Of a DNA stretch of 64,000 nt, positions 24,269 to 39,200 are shown piece by piece (position 1 is the first letter of the stretch; the number at the start of each line of letters is the position of its first letter). The stretch lies in contig NMRA01000038.1 in assembly GCA_002633005.1 (NCBI GenBank), positions 467,417-531,416 on the forward strand, given 5' to 3'. The DNA is from Phoronis australis. Lineage: Eukaryota > Animalia > Phoronida. A program made the position numbers and the translations under genes. Under the pieces are notes generated by a model, which was given only the letters and a program-made list of their open reading frames with translations, had not been told where the DNA came from and made no database searches.

Positions 24269-27200
24269 ATGGATAGAGGCAAACTTCCTGTCATCCCTCC
24301 TACCAAACCTGATGGTGACTCACCCACCCATGTTACCATGGAGCTGTTACAGAAGCGCCTCCGTGTGGCAGAGGATGACACCAAAAATCTTGTACAGCAG
24401 CTTAGCTCAATGGGTACGTTGTTTTGCTCTTTAGCTTTAGCAAAAGTTGTGCTTTTGTATTCCATTCTTGGATCAACAAGCGGGCTTGACCAAGCCAGAC
24501 CTTTAATGTTCCAGACAGTGGTTCAAGTATTAACAAAATGTCATTTCTTCCCGAAATCATGTCTAAATGAGTAAGGAACAACCAGTTTTATTATTTTGAG
24601 TTCCAACTTCCTTCATCATACTGCAGGAATGTGTTATCTAAGTCATTGCTTTAGACCATGTCATTCAATTGCAGTCTGTTATTCATTAGAACATTGTTAT
24701 TTGCTTCATTTCAGGGTTTACGTCTGAAGATCCATCCAAGCTTGCCGAGACTGGAGCTCATGGCGGCGCCGTTTCCCCATACCAGCCCCGATTTGCTGAT
24801 CCAGAAACCCTTGCTAGAAACTACGAGAACCTTGTATCTCGTGTATGCAAGACAGAAAGTGTTCTGCAGACTCTCAAGCTCAACATGATTAATCTTCAGA
24901 CGAAGGCCGAGCTTCATAAGAAAGACAGCATGTCAGCTAATGAAAAGCTGGCTCAGTTGACAGACACCTACGAGGCGGAGCAGCAGAGGTGGACCAAGGA
25001 GGCAGAGAGATTTAACAATCAGCTAACAGAGGTCACAAGGCGGAGAGAGGAGGCGGAGTCTAGAGTAGAACAGCTGACTCAAGCACTGCAGACTGCAGCC
25101 ACAGGCTCAGGGGTAAGTGCAATGGATAAGTAATGATACTTACTGTCTTGTGATACACTGGAATAATCATGATTTTAATTAGCATGTTGTAAAAGTATTG
25201 TTCTTCATCTGAAAAATACAAAGTGTACTGTTATCTGAATATTTGTAGATGTTTTTTTAAGTGTCATCTTTTAAGTTGCTTCAATAGAGTATTTGTTTTT
25301 AAATAATTGTTTTTAAAACCGCTCAACACTCAATCCTTGTGTACATTTGCTTTATTTTACTGGAATTGGTGAAACATGCATTGTCTTATTGTCTTTGTGG
25401 CTTCCCCAGCATGTATAGCGCATGGAAAAATGAATCTGCGTTTGTTTTAAGAAACGTTTGTGACTTTAAAAGCAATTTTGTAACCCTTATGTTGTTTTCA
25501 ATTTTGCATATTGATTTTTTTCAGCTGGATCAGAGTAATAAACTGCAAGAACTACAGGCTGCAAAGCATAAACTGTCACGCAAGGTTTCTGAACTCCGCG
25601 ACGAGCTGTCACGGGAGAGCAACTTGAGGTCAAGCTTTGAGGAGTCTCACAAGTCTCTGCTGAACAGAATTAGAGAGATGGAGAGTATCGTGGAATCTGA
25701 ACGTAACGAGGTGTTGTCATTAGCAAATTTGGGACTGTTTAAAGATAACGCGCTCTTTAACTTGTCAGTTATTTAATAAAAATAACAATAACGAAGATGG
25801 TAGAATGATTTTGTGAATTTTTTAAGAAAAACAGGTCCATCAAAATGGAGAACGTGGGTCTGTAATCCAGAAAAGTTTCTGAACAATGACAAGTGTCTTT
25901 CTTTTGGGATTCCAGTTATACTTTCTATGTATTGAATTGTTTGCCAAAGTGGCTGTTGTAAGATGGTCACTCACAGATCATATCTGTTTTCTCTGAACTG
26001 TTGTGTAGTATTGGCAAGTTCTTCGTATCTTGACTCTGTGTTAAACATTTTCCTTTGATGGCCCCCTTTTCTGAAAGTGTGTTTAGTAATACTATTAACA
26101 TATTAGGAAGGTTGAAAGTCTGATTTTCTTGCTGCACACTGTGGTGCTTGTTATCAAAAATTACCGTTAGTGAGAATTTATTTCACTTTGATCCTAAACT
26201 TTTTACTTTGCCATGTCACCATTTTTTCAATTTTTATATGTTCTTAAATTGATTTGATTTACAGCAAACCACTTCAAACAATGAGGTTATGAAACTGATT
26301 TTCTTAACCTTTGAATAGTTTTGTGACATGTGTTTTTGTGGCTGCGGCAAACTAAAATGTTTCTGTTGCAGGTAAAAACATTGTACAATGACTGTAATGG
26401 TCTGCGGAGAGAGGTGGTTAAAGCCCAGGATGAACTTCAGAAAGAACATCAGCTGAGGGTCAAATTTGAACAGGAGATTGTTCGTCTATCTGATGGTGGA
26501 GGTAAGTTCCTGTTTTATTATGAATGTCAGACTGACACGAAAATTTCATTAAATCTCCATGCAGTGCTGTCTCTAAACTCTGTAACTATGGTTCACATTT
26601 TAGGGTGGAAACTTTTGTTTTGGTTTTTATGCGCCCACATATTTATATGTGGACGCATTATGCCGTCATCTCTGTACGTCCGTCCGTCCGTCCGTCCGGC
26701 GTCCGGCGTCCGCTGCTCTATCTCCAAAACCCTTTGACATACGTTCATGAAATTTGGCACATGTGTTCCATTCATGAATGGGACGGCATGTGCGAACTTT
26801 CGGACGGATCCGACAACCGGTGTGCCCCCTAGTGGCAATTTTATTTTTTATGCTTACCTTTGTATCTTCAAAAGTCCTGAACGGATTTTCATGAAATTTG
26901 GTATGTAGGCACCTAGTAGTGAGATGACGCTATCCTGCCGTTTTCGGATGGATTCGACATAGTTTGCGCCACCTAGTGGCCATTTTTACTGTTTTCGAGT
27001 CTGTTTTTGTGCTTCCACCCCTCTATCAACCAAACCGCTCAAAGGATGATTGTGAAAATTGGCATGTATGTGCTTACTATGTAGAGGACGGTTGNNNNNN
27101 NNNNNNNNNNNNNNNNNNNNNNNNNNNNNNNNNNNNNNNNNNNNNNNNNNNNNNNNNNNNNNNNNNNNNNNNNNNNNNNNNNNNNNNNNNNNNNNNNNNN

Positions 27201-30200
27201 NNNNNNNNNNNNNNNNNNNNNNNNNNNNNNNNNNNNNNNNNNNNNNNNNNNNNNNNNNNNNNNNNNNNNNNNNNNNNNNNNNNNNNNNNNNNNNNNNNNN
27301 NNNNNNNNNNNNNNNNNNNNNNNNNNNNNNNNNNNNNNNNNNNNNNNNNNNNNNNNNNNNNNNNNNNNNNNNNNNNNNNNNNNNNNNNNNNNNNNNNNNN
27401 NNNNNNNNNNNNNNNNNNNNNNNNNNNNNNNNNNNNNNNNNNNNNNNNNNNNNNNNNNNNNNNNNNNNNNNNNNNNNNNNNNNNNNNNNNNNNNNNNNNN
27501 NNNNNNNNNNNNNNNNNNNNNNNNNNNNNNNNNNNNNNNNNNNNNNNNNNNNNNNNNNNNNNNNNNNNNNNNNNNNNNNNNNNNNNNNNNNNNNNNNNNN
27601 NNNNNNNNNNNNNNNNNNNNNNNNNNNNNNNNNNNNNNNNNNNNNNNNNNNNNNNNNNNNNNNNNNNNNNNNNNNNNNNNNNNNNNNNNNNNNNNNNNNN
27701 NNNNNNNNNNNNNNNNNNNNNNNNNTCTAGTGGCAATTTTAGTATTTGCCTCTAGTGGCAATTTTAGTATTTTACATTGACCTCTGTATTTTCATAGGTC
27801 TTCAGGTGTATACTTTGTGTTACTTCGTGACTGTGAAGGAAAAGTTCCAAGTAGAAATTTGTTTCTGGCATTCTATTGCTGTGCTAATCTCGTATGTTGG
27901 TAAATTTGTTTTTAATTCTGTGTTTCTGTGGTGCTTTAAGCAACTGGTGTATAGGATGCGCTTGTATTATGAAGATTACTCACATTTTGCCCCTAGCCTA
28001 TTGAGGAGACAATGACCATGCCTTTCCATTTTGCAAAGTATGCCCTCTACTAGCCACTTTATGGTACCAATAAACAACCCTAGAAGGATACCGTATGCGG
28101 TGCAATTGTGGGCGCATTTCAACGCTCCGCGTTGCTCTTGTTTAATATAGTGGCAAGTTAGCATTCTTAATTACGTATCATAAAACCATGAACTGAATGA
28201 AGTTCATTTATTGTTTTTTTGGAAAACCCCTCCCGGCTAACACAGTTTATTTGAGTTTGAAGTTTGCCACTTCAGCATAACATAGTTAGTGGTATGAGAG
28301 TCTTCAATGTGTAGTGTAGCTAATCTATTGACGACAAATTTAGCGTCTTCACGTTTTTGTTTGCAAAATTGGCCGTAGAAAAGTGAGAACAATTGCTGAT
28401 AACATATTGCATTTATATACAATGTCCAATATTTTGATGGCAAGTCTTGCCATTGTTAAGCTGAAGGCTAGAGTGTCACTGAATTCAACCTGGGCTCTAT
28501 TGAGTCCACCCTTTGGGGACGGTTTTGATCATTTGTGTATTTACTGCTGTTCTTTTGGTGTCTGTTTTCAGTTGCTCATGATTAGTTGTGTCCGTTTTGT
28601 GGGTTTTCTGTTTCCTTGATGATGAACTGATTTACCATCGAAACGATTTGCATTGTATATGCAATATATTATTCACAATCGCTCTCAGCGCTCTACATAG
28701 GAAGCATCTGTAAACATCACGTTTTATGATTATTGTGATTTAAAAGGAAGCAACTAATATTTGTTGTGTTGTCTTCTGATGTAATACTAAATCTTTGAAT
28801 CATGGACTTCTTGAACTAATTTAGATGGTGTTACGGAAACTGTAACATTCGTGAAAGCAATAAAACAAATGAGACTGAGTGTTTAAAAGGCTGTATGTAA
28901 ATTACAATAATCAAATGACAAAATCTTGTCCATGTGTTGACGTTATTTTGGAACAACATTTGTTACTAATTCTGTCTTGAATTGCGTTTAATTTTTTCGG
29001 GTTCCCTCAATGTTGTCCACATAACTTTGATAAAATTAGATTTAATCTAATAATTTAAAAGTAATTTTCAAGTGCTTTCCGTCACAATTATCTACATTAA
29101 ATAAGTGAAGCTGGACAATGTTCAATAAAAGTCGTCAATTGGTTTTTGAAAACTGCAGCATGTTAATTTAGTAGTACTTGCAATGTCAATGTGGCCATAA
29201 AGATGACTTACAAATTGTCTGTTTAACAGTGGTCGGCAGGAAGTCATCCAAAGTCCATCGACTTGAAGAAGACAAGAGAATGCTGCTAGGTCAACTGAGT
29301 ACAATCAGCGGTCAGTACCAAGAGTTGAACAGGCAGTTGGAGGCCATGCAAACATTGTTTGAACAGAGAAAGGTAAGTTGTTATTTTATGTGTTCTGGAG
29401 TAGAGTATAGTGTCAAGGGTTGAACAGGTATTTAGGTGACTTGCATACATTTAACTGAATATCAAGAGAGTTGATACTGGCAACAGTTTTGCAAGTTGTT
29501 ACATTTCTCAGTTTTACTTAGTTTTTAACAATCTGATTTATATATTTTCAAAATTTTTACATTAAAGCAGGAAATATTCCATATAAACCAATTTTAACCT
29601 TCTCGAAGGTAAAAAATGTCTTTAATCTTCTTTTGGAGATGGTATTAAAAAAATATGAGATGTCTTCCATGTACTGAACTATGAAACTTTCAGAAGGTAT
29701 TTTTTTATCCTCTCTTCACCAACTTCTGGCTTCACATATTTTACCCAAGGCAAGTCAAGGATGACTCATTTTCAAATGGTCTTCCCAATACTCCCGGGCT
29801 ATTTTCCAGTATCTTTTTAGCTACATGCCTGAAAATGCAACTATTTGGTGTCAGATTACTAATGTATAACAAGTAACAATTTGAAGCAATAAGAGAAATA
29901 TTCTAAATACCCTACTATTGTGTGAGTGGTGGAGGTTAGTCCATAGATGTTTTGTTGATTTGTCAATTTATACAAAGTTGGCTCAATGGAATCAGTGTTA
30001 CGAATTTACAGTTATGCACTTTTTGTCAAACAGAACCCGAGAATATACTTCATCTTTACTGGTTTTGAAGCATCCCTTGAGGTCGACATGGGGTCCAATG
30101 GATCAATCACAAAGTTCATGTATTTTAGGGAAATAGTCAGATATATGGTGCCCGCATTTTGAGAACCAGTTTTCTCCACTGAATAATAGGCTTCAAACTG

Positions 30201-33200
30201 GTTCTCAAAATGTGGGCTGTTATTTCTTACCATTGTCATTTTAAGATCTTCCTTCTAGAAGTTCCTTTTGGCAAATAATCAGGATCCAATATTGAACATC
30301 TGAAAACAGAAACTTCCAATTACTACTATGTTGAAAATGTTATATTTTACGAAAACGGTGAAACTGAAAGTTGGTTCCTGTGATTCTTTTAGGTTTGTGA
30401 TGAAAATTAACTGATTAGTTTCCCCCCTCAGTAGTACATTTATAAGTAAAGGACTCTATGAAAACCATACATTTATTATGTTATTCTAGTATGAAAGAAG
30501 TTTTACTTTGTGACCGAGTGATAATCTGTTTTGGCTGGTTGCTACTAAGTTTGTTGTATGGTACCTAAGGGAGCATTCCTTTCTACTTCCAGGAGACTCA
30601 TGTGCAACTTGAGCAAGAGAATAGAGAGTTGAGTGAAGCCCTGAGAAATGTCAGCAATGAAAAGAATGCGCTTGCAAAGACTTTTGAGCAGCAGCTTCAG
30701 GTACACTTACTGACCATTCCTGTTAGCTATCTGCAGTTTGCATTGTACAAATGGTGTAACAAATCTATTCACATCTCCATGCATGCGAATGTGCTCAATT
30801 GAAGCTTTAGTTTAAATGAAAAAACGTTTGCTCCGGTTTTGTTGTGGGACATTAGTGATTGGCAGTGTCGGTATGCCATGACATGGTTGTTTCGGACAAA
30901 ATATATCACTATAGATGGCGCCACTGGTGGTGAGTATGGTATGAAAATTGAAAAATGGTCTGTGTTCCGTAGACTTGAGAAACTAGGAAAATGTAAGATC
31001 ACACAAATCTTCGCGAAATAATGTCATGCATTACAAGTCAAGCACGCGATCACACTAAGCTTTTCTCACAAGCGTGTTGGATCTATAGAATGCAGCCCTG
31101 CTGAGTGAAGTACATTTCTGGCGGACTAATAGTTTTGTATGTGCTTTAAGGAGGAACGTAGTGAGTGGGAGATCAAAGTACAACAGCAGGATGACGCCGT
31201 GTTTGTGAGGGAGGAAGTGAGGAAGGTGAATAAGGAAAAGGCAAAGTTGGAGGAGAAGATGTAAGTCTTGCATATTGTGTGAGAGTAAGTGAGTGTAAAT
31301 CAGTGGTCTGTTCATTCATGCGCTTCATATTTTTGCAACATGCATCTCATGCATTATGAACCTCACATATTAACAACCATTAGGCACATTTTGTCCATGT
31401 ATGATTTTAAGAATATTTATTGGGATCTACTAACACTAGTGAATTTGGTGACTTTGTACATTTTTACTCTGGAAGTATGTTAGCATTGGCCATGTAATTA
31501 TTGTAATGATATTAAAGGCAAATTTGATTAAACGTTTGGTGTGTATTTTAAAAATGATCAAATGCTAGTGCTGGGAAAACTATGAGTTATGGACTGTAAA
31601 TTGTGGAACATTTACCTGTCAAAAGATATACATTTCACGTCAACACTTTTTCTTTCATGTACAGAAATAGTCAAATTCCATGGCATTGTGTTATGTCCTC
31701 TATATCCGAGTTGGAAAAGTCCTTACCAAAATCTCTGCTTTGTGTTTCTCTGAATCACCAACAAATCAAAATACCTTTATGTGGTTTCCTGTTCATGTTG
31801 GTTTTTGTCTCATCGTGTTTTGGATTTGTGTCATTTCAATCAAGATCTGTGTTAACTGAAGAGTTGTCCGAGACAAGAGCAGCACTAGCCGACAGGGACA
31901 GAGAGTCTCGTGAGATGGCTAGTGATGCTGCTCATGAGGTCAGTAGTTTACGTCACCAACTGGAGGCACTTCAGAAGGACAGAGCGTCAGCACTGACTGA
32001 GAAGGAGGCTCTTTTGGATGAGGTAGGGGCTGACATATCTGGGCAATTCCTCGTCTTGAATTCATTCCGTTTTCCCATCCTAAATATTTCACGAAAACAA
32101 CTGTTACAGCAGTTGCACATTATTTTTACTTGCTGAGCATTTCACAATCGTTTTTACTGCAAAATAATAAAAACTGAATAACACTTTGCAATACAATTTC
32201 CGAATCAGTAATTTCTCTTCTACAACACAAAGAAAATATTATTTCAAACTTGATTCAAGATTTTAAACATGGCTCAGAGCTTTTCAAACATGGCTTGAGA
32301 TTTCCAAATATGGTGCAAAAAATTTCAAACCCGGTGCAGCCCCACGTGTGATTACATGTAGAGAGAACACTGGGACGGTAATTCATATACACTTGCCTCA
32401 GCTGATCAGCTAGTCCTAATGCTATTCCATTGTGCCTGTAGGTCAACCAAGCCGTGGATGGTATGAGTGAGGAGAGGTCTCGCCTACAGATGGAGCTGCA
32501 AGAGTGCCAGTTAGATGTACAGACTTTACGACAGACCAAGTCTCACCTTGAAGAGGAGAACCAGAGACTGATGGAGAGGATGGGAGCTGTAGACCAGTAT
32601 CAGGTACACCCCACGCCAAATGGATAAGGATGAAATACTTCTTGTTTCCCAATCCCTGTTTTCTGCCACGAAAAGCAGTTGAAAAGTAACCTCACTCCTG
32701 CCGTTTGTGGGCATGCAAGTAAAACACTTTATGGGATTCCTCTCTACACTGCAAGATGAATAAATTAGCTGAAAGAGCTGATGAATATTTTCGTCTCAGA
32801 AACTATTGAAATCGCTCAATGACATCATTTCCATTTCCATGGCAGGGCATGCTTATCTTTGTTGCAATTTTTTGTTTTTATTACAAAGGCAATTCTTTTC
32901 AATTGCTGGTTTGCGAATATTTGTTTTAAGCTACATACAGAAAAAGGAGATGGATTTAACATTAATTTTGACAAAAAGGCTCGATTTCTTCAAATTTTAC
33001 CGGACGTGACACCATGAAGCTTAACTGGAGACTTGGCAAAAAAGTTATGCAATTGCCTGAAATGTTTTAGCTAGTAATTTTTCAAATTTCACACATTGTG
33101 ACTGGTCAGTAGTGTGATGACCGTCCAGCCAATTCAATAGATCTCACCATAATCCTGATTTTGGGCTTGGGAAGAATTGGATGATTGTTATGGCTGAAGA

Positions 33201-36200
33201 CTTCTGACATTCAATAAGCTGGAATTCACAATCTTGTTAAATCGTACTATATGCGTGTTAACCAACTAACAAATAGGCTAGTCCTGTTTTTGAACAAGAG
33301 ATGGAGTTATGAGTTTGTGCTTTGTGGGTTGAAAGGGGAAAGCAACTGCAGTAAAAATACATATCTCTGGTTGTCTTGGAGTCATTTTTTCATCTTAATT
33401 ACTGTTCCTTTCACAATAGAAAGTGCTGTAAACGTCTTGAAAACTCTCATCTTGGTTCTACGTTCACTTCCACTAACCAAACATGAATGACCTGTGCAGA
33501 CTGTGTACCGAGTTGGACATTGTGTTTGCTGAGCACTCACGTCACATGTGATTGTTCCATGGATAACAAATGCACACCATAAGAATAGTGATAATCAGGA
33601 GTCCGCATTTTTACTAATCGTAACTTCAAAAACAGTTGACTGTGTTCTCTTAGTTTTTTGCAAGTAAATATGATCCCATGAAATGAATGTTTACATAGCA
33701 ATTAGCATGACTTCTCAATTTGTTTAGAATACCCAGAAGCAGCTGGACAAGGCCATGTCAGAGATGTTGGAACAGAAGAACAAACTGGCTTATGAGAATG
33801 GTCGACTTCAGTCACGTGTTGAACAGTTACAGACAGAGTTAGAAACACTTGCCAAGGCACAGACACAGTTGGCAGATGTTAAGAAGAAGAAGGACATTTT
33901 GGAATCAAAGTACTCTAAAGTAAGGTTGGCTGTGTATGGATAATGGCTTTTAACAAACTGTAGATCTTGAGCCATTCATCCAGGAATTTCATAATACATT
34001 GATACGGCCTGTGATAGACAGGTCTAATCATTAATGTATTATGATAGTGTTTGTTATTACTTGACCAGTGATATTTCTGTCCTCTGATTGACTGATAAGC
34101 GGTAAGATAATATTACTTCCGTTATGAGGTGATGTTGACCATCTAGCCATGGGATATCACTTTTCATTCATACCACCAGGACGTCAGATGTCACTATTCG
34201 TGATCTGACCAATTGTACGCAGCAGAAACCATAAACCCCTGACCATGTAAACAAAATGAGCAGACGATGACTGTATATCAAAGCAAGTGAAAAGTATGCC
34301 AGTCTAATATGGGACAAAGAAAACAGAAACGAAGCATCAATGATAAAACAAGTAGATTGACTCCTCAGGCATATTGGGTCATATGCATCTCAGGAGAGTA
34401 ATGTTTCCCTCAGCCTCAGGCAACATTGCTCTCCCTCATTCCATGTGACCTGATATCAACCTCGCGATTTGTTCGCATTTGTATTCTTATGAGTCTCATT
34501 AGGTTGTTGGGACTCTGTTGGTACTAGTAGGTCAGAGGTCAAAAACATGTACAAGGATTGCAGAAAGTCCTGCTGTTGAGGTTCAGTCGAGACAGTATTC
34601 TTTCCAGACCATTCTGACCAGGAGTCGGTTCCCTAAGGTTAATTTTGTGCAAGTTAAGTGAGATCACGCGAAATTATGCTAATCACAGGCGAGTGATAAA
34701 GCTTGTCACCTTAATTATGTACACCAGCTAAAAGGCCGCTATTGAATTGATTAGATGGCTGAAATGTTGAATTGTTGGAGAAATCTCACTTTTTGTTCCA
34801 AACATCAAGATTGCTTGCCACACGTATCTCACAAGTGACTAAATATTGTTGGAGAATATGCTCCAGATATTTTTCAAAATCACTCTTCTGAAACTGGTCA
34901 ATAAAGTTGTTTCATGATGTTGTATATCTTCCAGCTTAAAAGTGTGTGTATGACTTTGAACTCGGTACTTATTCACATGTTGTAGGCCCACAATGACCTG
35001 AGTGCTAGCAAAATCAAGACTCAACAACTGAGCAGTCAACTTGACCAGATGAAGAAGAACTTGGAGAGAAAGGAATCAGATTTCAACCTAGCCATAGAGG
35101 CACGTGATGAGGCTGTAAAGGAAGGTCAGCGATTGGCCAATCAGATTGAGAGCATGGAAGAGAAGGAAAAGTCAAGGGTGAGCGCGATCTTTGACTCAGC
35201 TTTGGGAAGCGCTGCAGCACAAAAGCATTCATAGGCTGTAATTATGAATTAGTTGATTGGATTGTTATGAATTAATCTAGGTAACACATCAATTAAAACA
35301 TATTCAAATCAAAATTGAGACGATGGGTGCAGTTAAGTAGAAATGAATAGCATTCATTAGTAGGTCATTAGTAGAAAGTAGTGGTACGAGACTGGTCATT
35401 TTGATTAAATTAGAGACTAAACTGTTTGATTTTGATAAAACCTGGAATTAAAGTGAATGGTGTGTAAACAGTTTACAGTAATGGTGATGTTCATGTGATG
35501 TCTTGTCCCATCAGGCGCAGGCCAATCAGAAGTCTTTAGAGGAATCGAAGCAAGATGCCAGGAAAATGGCTGCCACCCTAGAAAGTGTGATGTCATCACA
35601 TGGACAGTTACAGGCCAGCGTAGAGCAACTACAGACGAAACTGGGAAAGAAGGATGCTCAGATAACGGCACTAAAGAATGAGAGGTATGTGGAAAGTGAG
35701 TGTTAGGTGAGGTTAGAATGGGCCATGATGTCATCATGTGACTATTTATAGACGAGCGTAGAGAGTGAGTTCCAGGTTAGGATAGAGTGAGTTATGATGT
35801 CATCAGTTGGCCAGTTACATGCTTCTGTAGAACAAATGCTGACAGTATCTTCCTGTTGAAAAGTCAAAAAATTGTAGAGCATAAAGCTTTGGCTTTGTTT
35901 TTAATCAATTTTCTTCTCATGTCTTTCCCAACTATTGTTATAATTCAAGCTATGCCACATTTTGACGAAATTTGTCCACCTGTTTTGGAAAACAGCTGTC
36001 ATCATAAGTAAGAATTATTAGTATTTCTTACACACCATATGTTGTTCAAGTCATGTGACCTATAGTTTAGTCTGAAGAGATCTCTGTCCCAACTAGGGCT
36101 CAAATGGGGGACTTTTTGCTAACCGTGCAGATGTTCTAGTCCACTGAGCTGTCGGGACCATCGATCTATTACAGAAATCCAATCAGACTTATAGGAGACA

Positions 36201-39200
36201 TCTTCAAATTCGGGAGTGCATATATATGTTTGCAACTGTGCTGTTATTAATCGGTGCATTGAAGGTTATTAATTCTTTCTGATACCATATCAACGCACTG
36301 ACTTATAATACCACAATCATATTTATGTATGTAATTTGCAGAAATATAATAGGGCCATCCTGGATTACACGGCAGTAGAACTCTCCTTTGTCCTGGAGAT
36401 AAGAAAGCGCATGACCTGCTTTTGGAAATCAGCCGCATTTCGGCCCCGTTGCGCTGTTATGTTATGGATCATCACATTGAAGACTAACAATTCTTTCTCA
36501 TACCATGTCAACACAGTGATTTAGAACAACACAATTATTTACAACTGTATCATTGTTTGCAATTTTGCAGGTCCCAAATAGAACAAGTTATGAGACAATT
36601 GCACAGCGAAGTGGAGTTATTGCAAGGCAAACTGTCTGCCATGGAAGACTTGGAAACAAATGAGGTTACTTGTTGTTGCGCTTTTAATCATTTTACAGCA
36701 GAGTTGACATAATACATTGTTGTGACACATTAAAAGGTAGCTGATTAACATAATGGTAAGGATTGGAAATTTTAGTAGACTAAGTACAGTAACGCTACAT
36801 AGGTTGAATATGCATAAGTTGGATTTTCGCTCGACTCGGACAAAGTTCAAGGATACGGTTGTTGTAGTTGGTGTCATATTTCACCATACTTGGATGAAAT
36901 CATGCAGTCTGTTTGGATTTGGCTTATGGGAATTTTGCTGTACATAGTGGACTAGAGGTCTCATCACAGGTGGCATTAAAGATGTTTAGCAAGAACTTTT
37001 TTTCGTTTTATATGAAAATGGTTATGAAGTTACTTCCTTTTTAAGCTCACTGCCATTCTAATGAGTTTAAAATTATAAAACCAAAAAATGAACATTGCAT
37101 TAAGTAGAAACTCATGACAGCATAATAACAAGATAATGACTGATGAAGAAGAGAATGCATGCGCTACCTCAATTTATCATCTGGGTGCTAATTTCTTTCT
37201 TAAATTTTAACCACTGGCACTAATTTGAGACTGGGCACTTAACCAAAGTTAGAACTGTTATTGAGCCAATATGAAAGTGGGAGAAATGATATTTCCTAAA
37301 GATATGTCCTAAATCGTGTATGGCTACTTCTTTAAGGTTGAACCACTGAGGCAAGCATTGGAACAGTGCAAGCATGAGAACGAGGGGATAGCCAACTCAC
37401 TTGAGAGTGTTCTTGTCTCTAACTCTGATCTGCAGGACGCTGTGCAGAGACTGCAGGGGGAGCTGGCAGGCAAGACGCAGCAAATAAGTGATCTACGCAC
37501 GAGCAGGTAGTACTGTTCCTGGGCTTTTATGAATCGAATTATTTATTTTTATTTTAATGACATGGATGTAGCAGTTTTCTGACTGAAAAATGATGAATTT
37601 TGCCTGGATTAAAAAAAAAAACGAAATCTCAATTTCAACTAAATATTTAAAGGCCACAGAATGGATTCCTTGTAATGTGGTGACATTCTGTGACAAAACT
37701 TGCTTGCTTGAAATTCTATTGACATTTTGTGACCTTTTAAAAATTCTGTAACAAAACGTGACAATTTGCTAAGCCAAGTAAGCTGTTAGTGTTTTGTTGG
37801 CTTTACAGTTTAATATTTTATGCTACATCATGGGCTGGTTCTTTTTTCACAAATATGGTGTTCATCATTATCACTGACAAATATTTTGTCTCGAACATGT
37901 GACAAAAGCAAATTTGTTGCAACTTTTCATGTAAAATCACCAAAAAAACTGTCATATATGAGACTTTCCCAATGACGTGTTGAAAATCTTGAGATGTGAA
38001 AAATTGTGTCTTGTCATTAAACAAGAATCCTTGCTCTGAAAAGTTTATAATTAGGATCTGATGTTCACCAGGTGGCGCCATTGAGCAGTATTAAGTCCTT
38101 TTTATCACCTGAATAGCTAGAGGGCAGAAACACTTCATCCCCTTGGTGGTGTTTGTATGATAAGGGACTCATGTGATTATCTGAATGCAGACATTTCTTT
38201 GGGAAAGTCCCTTGCTACACTAGCGCCACCTAGCAAATGTTTAGTTCCCCTATTCATTTCCTTCTAATTTTTGTGGCAATGTTAGACATAATTAGAACAA
38301 ATCTTTACAGTAGGATTAAACAGTGTTTTGGTGGTTTTAAAATTTAAGGATTATTGGGCTTGAATTTTCATTTCGTCTGTTTTCAGAGAAGAAGAGTACA
38401 ACTCTTTGAAGGAGGAGGTGAGAAAATATGAGGAGAAATTGGACGAGCTGAGGGTCGAGATGAGTAGGGAGAGGGAGAAGTCAGTGAAGAAAACCAATAA
38501 GGAAGTGGCAGAGGTAAGGGGCAGAAGAGGGAATGGGGCATCCCTTGGATATTGTAGTTTTCAAAATAAACTAGATAAACTAAATAAACTGCTGCTAAGC
38601 TTGGACGAACGTCTTGCAAGACAAATTGTCCCGAATTCGACAGAGTGTGTGACGTAATAGCGCCCAGATTCTGTATGTGTTGCAGTCGAAAATAAATGAA
38701 TATTATATTATTTAAGTCATGGTTTTGTGCATCGAAACTTTGTTGAATTTTCGCTGTTGTGAATTTATTTTGAAAACCACTGTATATACAACTGTCAGTG
38801 CTATTAATGCGGTAACTTAGGTACATCTATACACAGTCGCTTACTTTGATACCTCAAGTGAACTTTTTCGACGACTAAGCACTGTGGTCTTTGTCAAGCT
38901 GCCTTGAAATCGATGCTTTGAATCCATGCTTACTTATTTATTTATTTACTGATTTATTTATCAAGATCATTTATTTCCCAATACAAGCCTGAACGGTAAC
39001 AGGTATTTTCCGTGCGAGGTAGCGATTTGACAAGAAAACTTGATGGTCATTGTGTGATTCATAAAAGACGCTCACGTGTGTGGTTTAATCCAATGCGCTG
39101 CATATGGGTGACCGACGTCGAGAGTGACAGAAGTTGAATATTTTCGTATTTCTTTTGTAAGTTTTGTAGAGTTTATTGCTCAGTATGCGGGATAAATACA

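Noticed and set aside
23168-24276. Possible 4-codon uORF (ATG TGG G|AT GGA TAG) overlapping the CCDC150 start
   Set aside because: It depends on an unverified 5'UTR exon and donor, so it is too speculative without transcripts.
26964-27761. Long ORFs of 219-263 aa in the ORF track
   Set aside because: They consist almost entirely of X from the N-gap.
33990-34480. Hairpin-rich stretch and other possible transposon relics (also ~16400-16600, ~39596-40032, ~60900-61500)
   Set aside because: I could not define ends, TSDs or a second copy by eye, so they are not called.
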